Made by a program: the position numbers and the translations under genes. The notes under the pieces are model-generated. The model searched no databases, was not told the DNA's origin, and was given only the letters and a program-made list of their open reading frames with translations. 64,000 bases of DNA from Eledone cirrhosa (taxonomy: Eukaryota), in NCBI GenBank assembly GCA_964016885.1, contig OZ024743.1, positions 202,802,001 through 202,866,000 of the forward strand, given 5' to 3'. Shown here one piece after another: positions 12,853 to 25,600 of the stretch (positions are counted from its first letter, which is position 1; the number at the start of each line of letters is the position of its first letter).

Positions 12853-14963
12853 TCTCTATATATATATATATCGGATCAGAAACGTGTTCGAAATCATACA
12901 GATATATAATTTCATTGAGTAGTTTGTGACCTCATCGCATTTGTAATCAATATCGTTCGATAGTCACATTTTGTCGAGTATGCAAGTGTTCGCATCTTAG
13001 AAATTGCACATCTGTAGATGCGGTATTTCAAATATTAATCTTGGGTAAGTTAGTTGTGGTGGAGTTGTTTCAAGTGATGTATGCTTGTGTAGGACCCATC
13101 TCCCTTTCCGGGTCGGCTGATAGCAATGGATCTAGGCACATGTGTGTCACAAGACTCCTTGAACGACGGTCCTAATATTTTATTTTCATGAAAATTACTA
13201 TCTTCTGTACTGCATTAACTTCGTGTGTAAGGCAAGTAAGCTGGCCCAGCAAAGTTGAATATAGGTCTTGTTGACAGGTCGTTGATTCTCATGCGTTCCT
13301 GGTTCATTCGACGAGCTTCTTCATTCATACCATTGGGTGACCAAATTCACTCTCCCCATCTAGCTGATTCAGAGGATTTGTCGACATTTACCAATGACAC
13401 GACCATTTAATAGGTTGAACTATATTATATGTTATCAGTAGCGCTAGATAGCAACCTGTCATACACACAAACACATACACATACATCGTTTCACTCAAAT
13501 TTGAAAGAGATTGTGTTCGTCAGGTTTTGGGGAAAAAAAAAGTATATAGTAAGTGTAGATAAGGATGCTTCAGGTATTGACAGAGTTAGTTTAAATAAAT
13601 TTATGTTTTCAATGAACTATTTTCTCATGCTATTGTACTGTATTGAATTAAGATTTGATTAAAACGTTTGAATCACTTTGAAATAGAGTTTTGTGTAACG
13701 TCTATATAACGGTATACTCAGTATTGAATAAATATCTGAATGAAATCAGTAAAAGCAGCAAAAATAGTGAATTTAAAAAATGATAGCATTGAAGTGGTTA
13801 GCTGCCAAAAGAAGATCTTTGTTGAATGAATGATGAAACTAATGTGGAAATGTGGTACGTAAAGCTTAAGTAAGATTATGGTGTAATAATGTAATTGGAA
13901 GGAAAGGATTTTTTGCAGTCCTTGAGGAATGAACGAGGATAGAAATAACAGAGGATGTGTATGGACGGCAGAGACAAAAATAGGAAAACGATATTGATGA
14001 TATTACATAGATAATATTGGGAAACGATCTTCATAATTTACGTAAATTGATGCATTAAAATGTATATAAAAAATAAATAGATGTTAAATAAATAATAATA
14101 AGGAAATCGTGATATTAGATAAATGCTCTCATTCGAGTTTGATGGCCAACGGAGCCTTGTTAAATGGGAGAATTATTACTAATATGGTAGCAATATAATA
14201 GTTAAAACCCTTAAGACTGAGTAAAGCAGCATTAAAATAACAACAGCAGTATTCGTTTAAATGATACATAAACGGCAAATGGTTAACGATTCTAAGCTAC
14301 GTAAAAAAATTGCTGTAAATATAAAAAGAAAACGCGTTAAAATGATCTTAAGAAACAACAATATAATATGGCATTAACATCTCATTATGTTTCAATAACT
14401 GAATAAAGAAAGACGATATATAGAAAATAAAAAAAAAAACGTCATATAAATTACATTATGATAAACGATAGGAATAAAGATAGTAGGTCCAGAAATGACA
14501 AAGTAGGTTAGTGGAAGATGATAACTAGAAAATTGCCGCATTTATTCACTCGGGTTTATCGTCATTTTTTTTCATATCACTCTGAGAGGTAATACCTTAC
14601 TCTTCATAACTGATTTTCATTGTCATCTACTAACTACCATTGGAAGACTGGATACTTATTCTAACGTATATATTTTTCGTAATTTTCTTCAAAGTTTCCT
14701 ATTCACTTAACGGTTCTAATTATATCTGCACTTTATTTCTTAATCCTATCAGCAGTTATCTAAAAGTATCAACAGCATCATATTCTCCTTCATCCCTATA
14801 AATATTCCTATATCTTTATTTATCAACGATGTTAATAATGTTTTTTTAATGAAACAAATCTATATTTTGAACAAGATTCATCTATTTAACCTAATAACAA
14901 CAGTTTTGATAATCCAAAGCAAGCTTTGCTAACCATAAATATTTGTACATGCTAGAAAGATCC

Positions 14964-15018
<55 letters not shown>

Positions 15019-15025
<7 letters not shown>

Positions 15026-15290
15026 ATATTAATAAATGGAATCTATATTTATAAAACCATATTTATTTTATTATACATGTTTCAAGTACAACCAAGGTAA
15101 ATTATGGTGCGCTTTCATCAGATAAAATACAGAATTGTTTTAAAAATAAATATTGACATACCCTGAAAAAAAGACACCCTTAACGGTTGGAACATACCTG
15201 GATATATTAATATATTGTATATTTACTCTACTAAACTGTTGAGTGGTTTATATCAGTTATAAACAATTTTAAATTAAATATAACCTCTGC
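15019..15290 (-). mobile_element. Solo diverged family A pLTR with HHR at 15064-15129
   Basis: UAUUUUAU-CUGAUGA-stem II-GAAA-CAUGUAUA-AUAAAAUA. Homologous to 19835-19996 and flanked by (TA)n. Confidence 0.7.
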
Positions 15291-15336
15291 ATATATATAC
15301 GAGGTGTACTTTTCAAAGCCTTTTCTTCTCCTTTTC

Positions 15337-15420
<84 letters not shown>

Positions 15421-15422
<2 letters not shown>

Positions 15423-18340
15423 CCTTGATCACCTTGATCACCTTCACCGACCAGTCTGTCGGGCGTCCATTCCGCGCCGCTGGTCACAGCACGCCGTCCA
15501 TTCCTCTCTTGATTGTGCTTTCCTCATCCATGTAATCCCAATCGTATTCTTCAAATCTTAACTCCACCCCCGTGGAGGCCTTCCGAGTGATCGTTTCCGC
15601 TCGCGCGGGTACTTCTCGGCAACTGTGCGGGTCCACCGATCATCGGTGAACCGGGCGACATGTCCAGCCCATCTGAACTTGCTGTGCATATATTCCTTGA
15701 TGTCGTCCCTCACGCCGGACTTGTGTCTGATGACTTCGCTCCTGATGTGTTCTCTCAACGAGATTCCTAGCATTGATCTCTCCATGGCACTTTGAGCCGT
15801 TACCAGCCTCTGCTCTTCTCTCTTCGTTGTAGCCCAAGTTTCACTGCCATATAATATTGCAGGTAAAACTGTGCTATTGAAGAGGTTGGCGCGGTTGGTC
15901 TTGTTCAATCTCCCCTTTAGCACATCCCTTATGCCGTTGAACACCTTCCATCCGCCCCTTACTCTCTGCGAGATCTCCCTCTCAATGTCTCGGTGCATGT
16001 TCACTTCTTGTCCCAGGTAGACGTATTCCTCCACCTCCTCTATTTCATCACCGCCAACCACCATTCGACCTGTTGGTACGTTGTCGGACCGCATGAACTT
16101 CGTTTTCATGCGGTTCATCTTGAGGCCTACTGCAGAGCTGTTGATGTCGAGCTCCGTCAGCATGGTCTGAAGCTTGCCCGTGGTTTCAGCGATGAGTACG
16201 ATCTCATCAGCGAAACGGAGGTGGATTAGTATCTCGCCGTTGATGTTGACACCGCCTTGCCAGTCAATGCCTCTGATGATCTGCTCGAGACACGCGGTTA
16301 AAAGTTTTGGAGAGATCGTATCTCCTTGCCTCACTCCCTCCTCGACCGGCACTCGTACGGGTGATGACATGGCCTCTGCGGCGAGTTTAGCATTACGTTG
16401 ATTTCGACGCTGTCGAAGGCCTCCTCGTAGTCTACGAACGCGACGCAAAGAGGCATCTTGTACTCTTTTACCCGCTCAAGCAGTTGTGTCAGAGTAAATG
16501 TGTGGTCCATCATGCTGTAGTTTTTCCGGAAGCCGGCTTGCTCTCTCGGTTGCTGTTCGTCCAGATGACGTGATAACGTCTTCAGGATTATATTCATGAA
16601 CAGCTTGTACACGTGAGACAGCAGGCATATCGGTCGGTAGTTCTTCAGATCTTCTCTATCGCCCTTCTTGTATAGCAGGATGGTATTCGACTCTTTCCAC
16701 TGCGAGGGTATTCTTCCCTCGTCCAGATAGCGGGTGAATCGCTCGGCGAGGATTTTCCAGAGCTGCTCTCCGCCTGACTTCAACACCTCCGATGTTATGC
16801 CGCCTTTCCGCTTTTCATCAAGCCGACGGCTCTTTCGACCTCACCGACAAGGATGGGTGGCACATTTTCTTCCTGTTGGAGTGACGGCAACGGCTGCACA
16901 TTCCCGGCAGACTTGAAGAGCTTGGTGTAGAAGTCTTCGCAAACCTTTTCCACCTCACTCTTGTCGCTGACCGGTACTCCATCTGTGTTTTTCAGGGTCG
17001 TCACCTCCGATCTGTACATTGTCATGTCCCTCTCGCATTTCTTGAGGCTCTTTTTTTCCTTTGCGGCCTTCGGGAGCTTCTCCATCCGGTATGCCTCTAA
17101 GTCTCTCTTCAGTTATTGACGTATCACTCTGCTGAGAAGGGAATATTCGAGTTGATCTTCAGGTGTCCGCTTCATATTCTTCCTCTTCTTAGCCTTCCTC
17201 AAGCACTCCTTCAGTTTCCTTATCAGTGAGTTGTAGTCAGCGTCTATGCTGTCTCCTTGACGCCACTTTTCCTGCATAATGGCTTCCTGCAGCTGCGCCT
17301 CGTTGAAAACACGGACGCGTTCTCCCTTCGACGCCAAATGCAGCGCCTTCTTCTCCCTCATCTGGTCGATGACGACATTCGCCCTCACCAGACGATGATC
17401 ACTGCCAGTGTTGAATGGCGTTATGACGGAGACCTCCAGCAGCAAGCGTCGCTTGACAACCAAGATGTAGTCAATCTCATTTCGGTGCTCAGAATTTGGC
17501 GATACCCAGGTCCATCTCTTCTTCTTCTTCTTCTTCTTCTTCTTCTTCTTCTTCTTCTTCTTCTTCTTCTTCTTCTTCTTCTTCCTGAATAGGTTGTTTC
17601 CGATGTAGAGCCGTCTCGCCTCCGCCACGGTGACTAGACGCTCTCCTCTCTCGTTTCGCTCTCCTAGGCCGAATCTTCCGACATACTCTTCCCCTCGCCG
17701 TCCCTGTGCGACCTTTGCGTTGAAGTCTCCCATCACGACGGTGTAAGTGGACTTCACAGCTAGAATTCTTCCACCTCAGCGTTGTCGCTGGCACTTGTGG
17801 GAGCGTAGGTCTGGACGATTTTGAGGGTGGCTTTCCCTGAGAGGTTCACGTTCAGTACACCAATCCGTGACGATATGAACTGGCAAGAAGCGACCTCCGA
17901 AGCCCATTCCTTTCTTACGATGAACCCTATACCTCCAACCGATCTGGCACCCTCTGCTTTCCCGAGTCTCAAGGCGCATTCATCTTGCCATCGCGAACTC
18001 GCCTCCTTCTTCTGGCGAGTCTCGCACAGCCCTAACACGTCGCACCTGATCTTCTTCTTCTCCTCCATTAGGTGGTTCAGTCCTTGTACCCCTGCCAAAG
18101 ACCTACAGTTGTAGGTGCATATCGCAAGGTTAGTCCTGTTCGTTGGCGGCCTTCGGGAACCTGTGATTCTTAGCAGCCTCTCGTCGCTCGGGTTGCACTC
18201 CGCCTTCGTGGAGTGGCCCGATTGACGCGCAGGGTACTGAGAACTTTTTCTTCGTGCTGTTTTAACCATAAGATGACGCCATCCCACTGGCTGGGCGAGC
18301 AGGCCGGTACCTCTTAAGTTTGGCTAGCTTTTGAACTCTA
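15421..18340 (-). mobile_element. Near full-length RTE-clade LINE (APE + RT), frameshifted
   Basis: APE motifs ICTYNCRSL, LGLCET, VMGDFNA, EIDYI, GSDH. RT motifs NYRPICLL, EQAGFR, AFDSV, GVRQGDTISP, LRFADE, WAGHV, GRPP. The 3' tail is a short tandem (GGTGATCAA) repeat at 15421-15445 abutting (TA)n. Apparent short internal deletion near 16370. Confidence 0.95.
17518..17583. repeat. (AAG)22 microsatellite in-frame within the RTE APE domain
   Basis: CTT x22 on the + strand, giving poly-Lys between NNLFR and RWTW. Confidence 0.95.
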
Positions 18341-18349
18341 GAAGATTAT

Positions 18350-18863
<514 letters not shown>

Positions 18864-18875
18864 TACATATATATA

Positions 18876-19452
18876 TGTGCAACCATGCAGTATTCTTCTC
18901 CCCATATTTTTCACATATATTTACCTAAACTGCGATTCTGTTTTTCTCTCTCTCTCTCTCTTACTGCTCCCTCGTTCTCTCTGTTTCTCTTACTTTCTTT
19001 CGTCCCCTCTGTCATGTCAGTTAACACTTTCTCTCTACTGACCTCTTCCTCGCACTTCCACTCACTCACTCACTGTTTCTCCCCTTCTCACTTCCCCCCG
19101 TTCGCTACGAAAACGATTTTCTTTCTTTCTTACATCGGATTCATCGCGAAAGGTCTATTTCTTACTCGCTCATATATTCACCCAGCTTATACTGATAGAA
19201 TAACTATGTAGCTTGTGTTTCTTCCTATCTTCAGTTAGCTTTCCCCTGTATTGTTTACTTGTCTCACTCGCTTTACGCGTTTTAATTGTCCTAATAACTT
19301 ATTTTAGTTATTATTGCACCAACGTGAGGTATATGATTTTTAATGCAATGAAATACCAATGACCGTTGGCAAATCACTGATGAGGGACTCATTTTATAAC
19401 ATGTTATCCATGTGCAACCATGCAGTATTCTTCTCCCCATATTTTTCACACA
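18876..19452 (+). repeat. ~535-bp unit bounded by ~40-bp direct repeats, probable partial pLTR tandem
   Basis: TGTGCAACCATGCAGTATTCTTCTCCCCATATTTTTCACA occurs at ~18876 and ~19411. An orphan CTGATGA at ~19377 lacks GAAA. (TA)n on both sides. Confidence 0.5.
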
Positions 19453-19471
19453 TATATATATATATATATAC

Positions 19472-19514
<43 letters not shown>

Positions 19515-19517
<3 letters not shown>

Positions 19518-19765
19518 CAGTTGAAAATTGCAAACTTGACTGTCACCACTTAATATGAACCTGAAGATTGCGAAAGCATGAAAGTACTTTTTCAATTAAC
19601 ACTTAACATTTAATATTCTACCATACTACCATACTATTTCATTCTAATACAATTATAAATGTTAAAGGATTGTAAATAAAACAAGTAAATCAGACAAAGT
19701 TGGAATTCCTTTTATTAATATAATCTTCTATACACAATCATACACACTCGTGTATATTTATCTAT
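19515..19765 (+). mobile_element. Solo PLE pLTR (family E); its 3' ~90 bp recur at 22524-22615
   Basis: Carries an HHR, is (TA)n-flanked, and its 3' end is nearly identical to 22524-22615. Confidence 0.7.
19556..19594 (+). ncRNA. Minimal type I hammerhead ribozyme (family E)
   Basis: UGAAC-CUGAAGA-U-UGC(GAAA)GCA-U-GAAA-GUACUU^UUUCA. Stem III AGUACU is palindromic. The first stem I pair is mismatched. Confidence 0.7.
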
Positions 19766-19766
19766 C

Positions 19767-19834
<68 letters not shown>

Positions 19835-19837
<3 letters not shown>

Positions 19838-20270
19838 GATATTAATAAATGGAAACTATAATTATAAAACCATATTTATTTCATTATACATATTTCAGGG
19901 ATACCAAATTAAATTATCGTATGCCTTCATCAGACAAAATACAATGTATAACAGTTTTACAAATAAGCTTTGACGTACCCTATTAAAATGCAACCATTGT
20001 TTTTGGAAGTCATCCGGATAGTTGGTTGCATTTTAATAGGGTACGTCAAAGCGTAATTGTAAAACTGTTATATATTGTATTTTGTCTGATGAAGGCATAC
20101 CATAATTTAATTTGGTATCCCTGAAATATGTCTAATGAAATAAATATAGTTTTATAATCATAGTTTCCATTTATTAATATCGTATATCTACTCCAAATAC
20201 TTGTCGAGTGCTTTATATCAGTTATAAAAATATTTACTTGTTGTATCCCAACAATTTTAAATAGAACTTT

Positions 20271-20274
<4 letters not shown>
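19835..20274. mobile_element. Family A pLTR palindrome (short inverted arm 19835-19996, full arm 20023-20274) with HHRs at 19877-19941 (-) and 20078-20142 (+)
   Basis: The arms are reverse complements with a 26-nt spacer. Each has CTGATGA-AGGCATAC..GGTATCCCT-GAAA. (TA)n on both sides. Confidence 0.9.
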
Positions 20275-20320
<46 letters not shown>

Positions 20321-20338
20321 TATTGTGTATATGCCAAC

Positions 20339-21820
20339 ATGTCTGGAAAGCAACAAATGAAATCAACAGAATTAGAAAGAATTCTAAAGGACATATCATC
20401 GAAATTATTAACACTTATCACGATGATTGACACACAATCCTCTATTTTAAAGGAAATAGAAATACAATCTACAGACGGAAAACTTATAACTGAACATATA
20501 AACTCTGAAATTAAGAATTTAGCTGAAATTATACCAATAGTTATCAAAGATACAAGAGAAAGCCTACCACAACCCCCTTCAGAACTAAACGAAAGAAATT
20601 TGGAAAACAAAACACATCGAATAAGAAAGGCAATGTGGAATACATGGAAAAAATGTCTTAACATAAGAAACAAAACTTCTGGAGAGCATACAAATGCGAA
20701 AAATATGTCGAAACACATTCGAAATAGCTCTCTCTAACGGCACCCTTACTCTCTCGTAAATACCAAATTACGGAAATTGCAGGAGAACCAGAAGAAGAAA
20801 CAAAACTCCGATGGGAACTTATATTGACAAAATTCAGGACCGACATCTCCATTTCTCAATGTAAACAATCCCGCTACAAAGCCAAATATGAACCTATCGA
20901 TGACCAAATTGAAGTTGAAATTTCAAAGCTAACGACTACGAGAACTATGGATCAAAGATATCTCAAAAGAAGAAAACAAAAAAGAAAGGTATGGCAGCAG
21001 AAACAATTATTTCTCGACGAATATGCTGCAAATTACGGTAAAGACCTGAGAAAAAGCATTAAAAGGGACAATCTCACCAGCATACGCCAGAACACGTGCC
21101 AATACAAACACTCACCTTACTATGAATCAAAGAAGAAGTACGGTAATAACTCTTCGCTTTTTCTACAAAAACGCCCTAACGCGCACAACATGAACAAAAA
21201 GCACAAACACTATAGATATTCCTTTGACCAGACCATGAGAAGTAGTAAAACCAGGAGATCATTCTCAAGATCTCCACAGAGACTACCCACAAGGAACGGG
21301 GAAACAAAACGTAGAATAACCAGATAACTCTCAAGATCTCAACAGAGATTACCCACAAGAAACTGGGCGAAAAAACGATCTAAACCTGAAAGCAAACCTA
21401 GGTCATTTCCCCAGATTGTTAAAAATAATGCTAACAAGAAATGGAAAAATAATATACATACTACCAAAAATAGGACAAAATACATAACGAAACCAAATAT
21501 AATATCACGATCAAAAGTTCATCAAGCAAACTCCAACAGGAATATAAATCCTGAACAGAGAAAAATCCAAGGTTTAACGTCAGGACAACAAAAACCGGAA
21601 AAAGAAAAACTCCAGGAGGAAAAACATACCCAAAACAACTGTACACGTAGATCCTAAAATAATTAATTTATCCAAAAGAGATCTTGACAATGATGAAATG
21701 CAAATTCTGTCAAAAGGACTAAAATTCACACCGACTCCAACAGTCAACGACCAAGAACTGAAGGAGGACACCCAACCAAGAATTCTGTCAAAAATTATGT
21801 CTTGTAGAATTCATCGCTGA
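20339..21820 (+). pseudogene. N-terminal part of a PLE ORF, degraded
   Basis: ~21650-21820 translates DPKIINLSKRDLDNDEMQILSKGLKFTPTP..ELKEDT..EFCQKL, the NLS..L...E..LL.KGL.F.P motif that precedes PLE RTs. It follows the + family A pLTR. Confidence 0.75.
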
Positions 21821-21992
21821 TAAAAATTAGAATTGGAGCTCATTCATATATATATTGCTATTTCAGAGCTCCAATTCTAATTTTTAATTTCTGCCTGACC
21901 GGCAACCGCTCTGTATAATCAGTTCCTGATTATTTACTAGAATTCTATAAGAATATAACATCAGTGATCTCAGTAGACAGGAGGGAGTAGTT

Positions 21993-22037
21993 AGCCTTGA
22001 TAAGCATCAATAAATGAGAAACAAGGCCTTGTCGGCT
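21993..22037 (+). ncRNA. Type I hammerhead with U3-A8 variant core (copy 1; C11.1>A)
   Basis: AGCC-UUGAUAA-GCAU(CAAUAA)AUGA-GAAA-CAAGGCCUUG-UC^GGCU. Confidence 0.65.
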
Positions 22038-22311
22038 TATCTCCCCTTTTTTGCTGAGATTAAAGTAAGTGAGTTTGTCACTACTCTAAAACAATAGCAT
22101 ACGGTCTTCAAAATGCTTTTAATTAAGCATAAAGTGTATTGCAAAATACATTATATATGCATTCATATATATATTGCTATTTCAGAGCTCCAATTCTAAT
22201 TTTTTATTTCTGCCTAACCGGCAAACGCTCTGTATAATCAGTTCCCGATTATTTACTAGAATTCTATAAGAATATAACATCAGTGATCTCAGTAGACAGG
22301 AGGGAGTAGTT

Positions 22312-22356
22312 AGCCTTGATAAGCATCAATAAATGCGAAACAAGGCCTTGTCGGCT
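22312..22356 (+). ncRNA. Type I hammerhead with U3-A8 variant core (copy 2, intact)
   Basis: AGCC-UUGAUAA-GCAU(CAAUAA)AUGC-GAAA-CAAGGCCUUG-UC^GGCU. GUC triplet and a 12-nt palindromic stem III. Confidence 0.85.
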
Positions 22357-22480
22357 TATCCCCCCTTGTTTGCTGAGATTAAAGTAAGTAAGTTTGTCAC
22401 TACTCTAAAACAATAGCATACAGTCTTCAAAATGCTTTTAATTAAGCATAAAGTGTATTGCAAAATACATTATATATACA

Positions 22481-22515
<35 letters not shown>

Positions 22516-22615
22516 TTATGTATGTAAATAAAACGAGTAAATCAGACAAAGTTGGAATTCCTTTTATTAATATAATCTTCTATACACAATCATACACACC
22601 CGTGTATATTTATCT

Positions 22616-25600
22616 GCATCGAAATTCTGGTGCAGATGAGCCCAGAACGTATAATGAAAATCCCACAGAGAGTACCTCTGGATGGACAGACCTACATAAA
22701 CATTTCGGTTGAGGGTAGGCCGTCCGCATGTTACCACTGGGCAAGCATAGGTCACCTAAGGGCTGCCTGTCCTCAATTGACAAAAAAAAACCACTTTTAC
22801 CAACACCACAAATAACAACACAACCACCACCGCCACCACCACGACAACAAGAAAAAACAACAGAGAACAATATTCCACCCAACTCCTCCCCACCCAAAAC
22901 AAATACAAAAACACACACAGACACTACAGAACCCCAAAACATACCCCTACCCATCAACACGGATGAGGAACCCCTATCGACGGCCCCCAGCGGCGATGAG
23001 GAGGAACCCTTCCAACCCGTGAAAAGAATAAAAGGAAAGAACCGCATGAACAAACACCAGCACAAACAGCACAAAAATCACAAACAAAAGTTCCCCCTTC
23101 CGAAAACAAAATACCCACAACAAAGAGAAAACACGTGCAGGAACCACCGACAAAAACAAACACAACACAGGAAAAGTACACATACACTTACATAAACGAA
23201 GAAAATAGAACACTGATGGAGACCATCAGAAACAACCCTTTGTCAGCCCGGGGGTGGGGGTGGGGTTGTCGTTCTGCTGCAAAAACATCTGGGTCTCGCA
23301 ACACAGATGGTACATTTGGACCCGGAGCGTCGACTAGTGGTTCTGGACTTGGCAGTGGTGAAGGCGGAGCGTTTAGGTTGGTAGCCGCCTACGGCCCTTT
23401 CGGGTCAATGCGGCCGGACTTCTTCCATCGTCTGAAGACTTTTCTAAGGACGTCCCGCTCCTTGCTATTAGTGGGGGACTGGAATGGTATCCTAGATGCA
23501 CGCTGGGACTACGTAGGGGCCTGTCCCGATAGAGAGGGGTGCAATAGCCTCAAAGGGTTAATCGGTCGATTTGACCTGGCCGATAGATATCGACTAGATT
23601 TTCCGACTGCGCCAACCTGGACTTGGGCAAATCGTAGCGGATCATCTAGGTCGTACCTAGATAGGTTCTTAATTAGAATTAAGGATAAGGACTTTTTAAA
23701 TTGTCCAAAAATGCGCATGGTTGGCTATTCAGACCACAAGTTAGTGACCTGCATGGTCAACCTTGACAGAATTCATAGACAGGGACCCGGTTACTGGAAG
23801 CTCAACTTATCCTTACCGGCAAGTAAGGCTTACAGGGACCGGATTTGCACTTTAGTTAAGGAGCGGTTGACGGGCGCCATCGTCAACAGCAGGTGGTGGG
23901 GATCTCTCAAAAGAGAGATTAGAGTAGTCTCTATAGAATTTAGTAAAGAGTTAGCCTCTAATAGAAACAGGAAGGAAAGGGAGTTGGTAGATAGTGTAGA
24001 AGAGGCAATTAGAAGCGGCGACGTGGCCAGAGTGCTAGCGTCGAGAACGGCCCTGGGCCAGTCCTTCGACGCGAAACACGAAGGCTGCATCGTCCGAAGC
24101 AAAATACGTGCTCTGGGAAACGAGGGGACCAAAGCTGTTAGCTGGGCCCGCGTGACAGAAGCCAAAAGAGGGAGCAGATCCACTATCCGGTCTTTGCGAG
24201 ACCAGGATGGACGGGTGATCCTTGAACCTAAGCAGATGTGCGAGGCTTTTCAAAAGCACTTGCCGGATTGTTCGGAAGGGGCAGGGGGCCGGTTGGGGAT
24301 GTGGACTTCGGTCCATACCTCGACGGCCTGCCGCGTCTCTCGGACAGGGAGGCGAAGTCCTGCGAGGAGCCGATTTCAGCCGCTGAGATAGAGGACGTGC
24401 TGAACCAATGCGGCAAACGCAAATCCCCAGGTCTCGATGGTCTTCCATACGAACTATATCTAGCTATGCCGGACTTGTTCCCCGATCTCCTCGAGGCGGT
24501 CTACTGCAACTGGCAACAGAACGGGAGAATTCCCTGTGCTGTGACCAAGGGCGTAGTCACGCTAGTGAGGAAGGACGAGAACAAGGGGGACGATATAAAT
24601 AATTTCAGGCCCATAACTCTGCTAAATACAGAGTTACAGATTTTGGCCAAGGTGCTAGCAAAGAGGTTGGCACTTTTCGTGGGCAACCTGGTGGGAGATG
24701 CGCAGACATGTGCTATCCCGTCCAGGTCCGTCCACGACAACCTCCACCTCATGCGATACATCATAGAGAGGGTTGGGAACGAACCCGGCTTTGGTGGGGC
24801 CCTGATCAACTTGGATTAATCTAAGGCATTCGATAGGGTCGACAATGGTAACCTGGATGCAGTGCTAGCGGCGGCAGGCTTCGGACCCGTTTTCAGGGAC
24901 TGGATCAATGCCATGCACAGATTGCCCTCTCTCCTGCCTTCTGTATGTAATGACTCTAGAGCCACTGCTGCGGAAGTTGGAGTTGTTGCAGGGCATCCCG
25001 TTGGAACCGGGATTGCGGAAAGCGGTGTCAGCCTACGCCGATGACGTAACAGTAGTTGTGTCGACGGCCTCGGAAATCGGGGCGATCGGCACCTTACTGG
25101 AGGAGTACGAAAGGTTTACAGGGGCTAAGCTGAACCGGGACAAGTCGATCGGTATGCAACTGGGCACGTGGAGGGGCAGCTCGATGCCCTCCGATGGCGT
25201 CGTCGGGTGCTGGACGGAGGGCCCGGTGAAGTTGCTCGGGGTCTGGTTCGGACCAGACCTCCAGGTGGAGAAGATCTGGGGTGAGGTAACGAACAGGGTG
25301 TTTGCACTGACCCAGAAGTGGGCCGAGTGCAAACTGTCCCTGAAAGGTCGGGCGGAGGTGGCGAACACTTATATAGCGTCCGTCAGCTACTACCGCCTGA
25401 CCGTCGTGCCTTGTCCAAGGGAAACGCTCGCCAAAATGGAGCGCGCACTCTTCCAATTCCTTTGGAAGAAGCGGGCTCCTATGGTGAGGAGATCCATCTG
25501 CTGTCAACACCCTTCGAAAGGAGGGCTGAGGATGCCGTGGCTAATGATACGTAAACATGCATTAAGGCTACGGCACATTCAGGTATTCCTCTCCGGTCAA

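Larger units (their letters stand above)
21841..22478 (+). repeat. Head-to-tail dimer of a 319-bp HHR-bearing unit (pLTR tandem / retrozyme-like)
   Basis: Unit 1 is 21841-22159 and unit 2 is 22160-22478, with few substitutions. A third unit starts and runs into (TA)n. Confidence 0.9.

Noticed and set aside
18290-18345. HDV-like ribozyme at the RTE 5' end
   Set aside because: Could not fit P1/P1.1/P2/P3/P4 by eye; the 5' end may be truncated.
19370-19410. CTGATGA as a hammerhead
   Set aside because: No stem II closure or GAAA follows; at most a deleted remnant.
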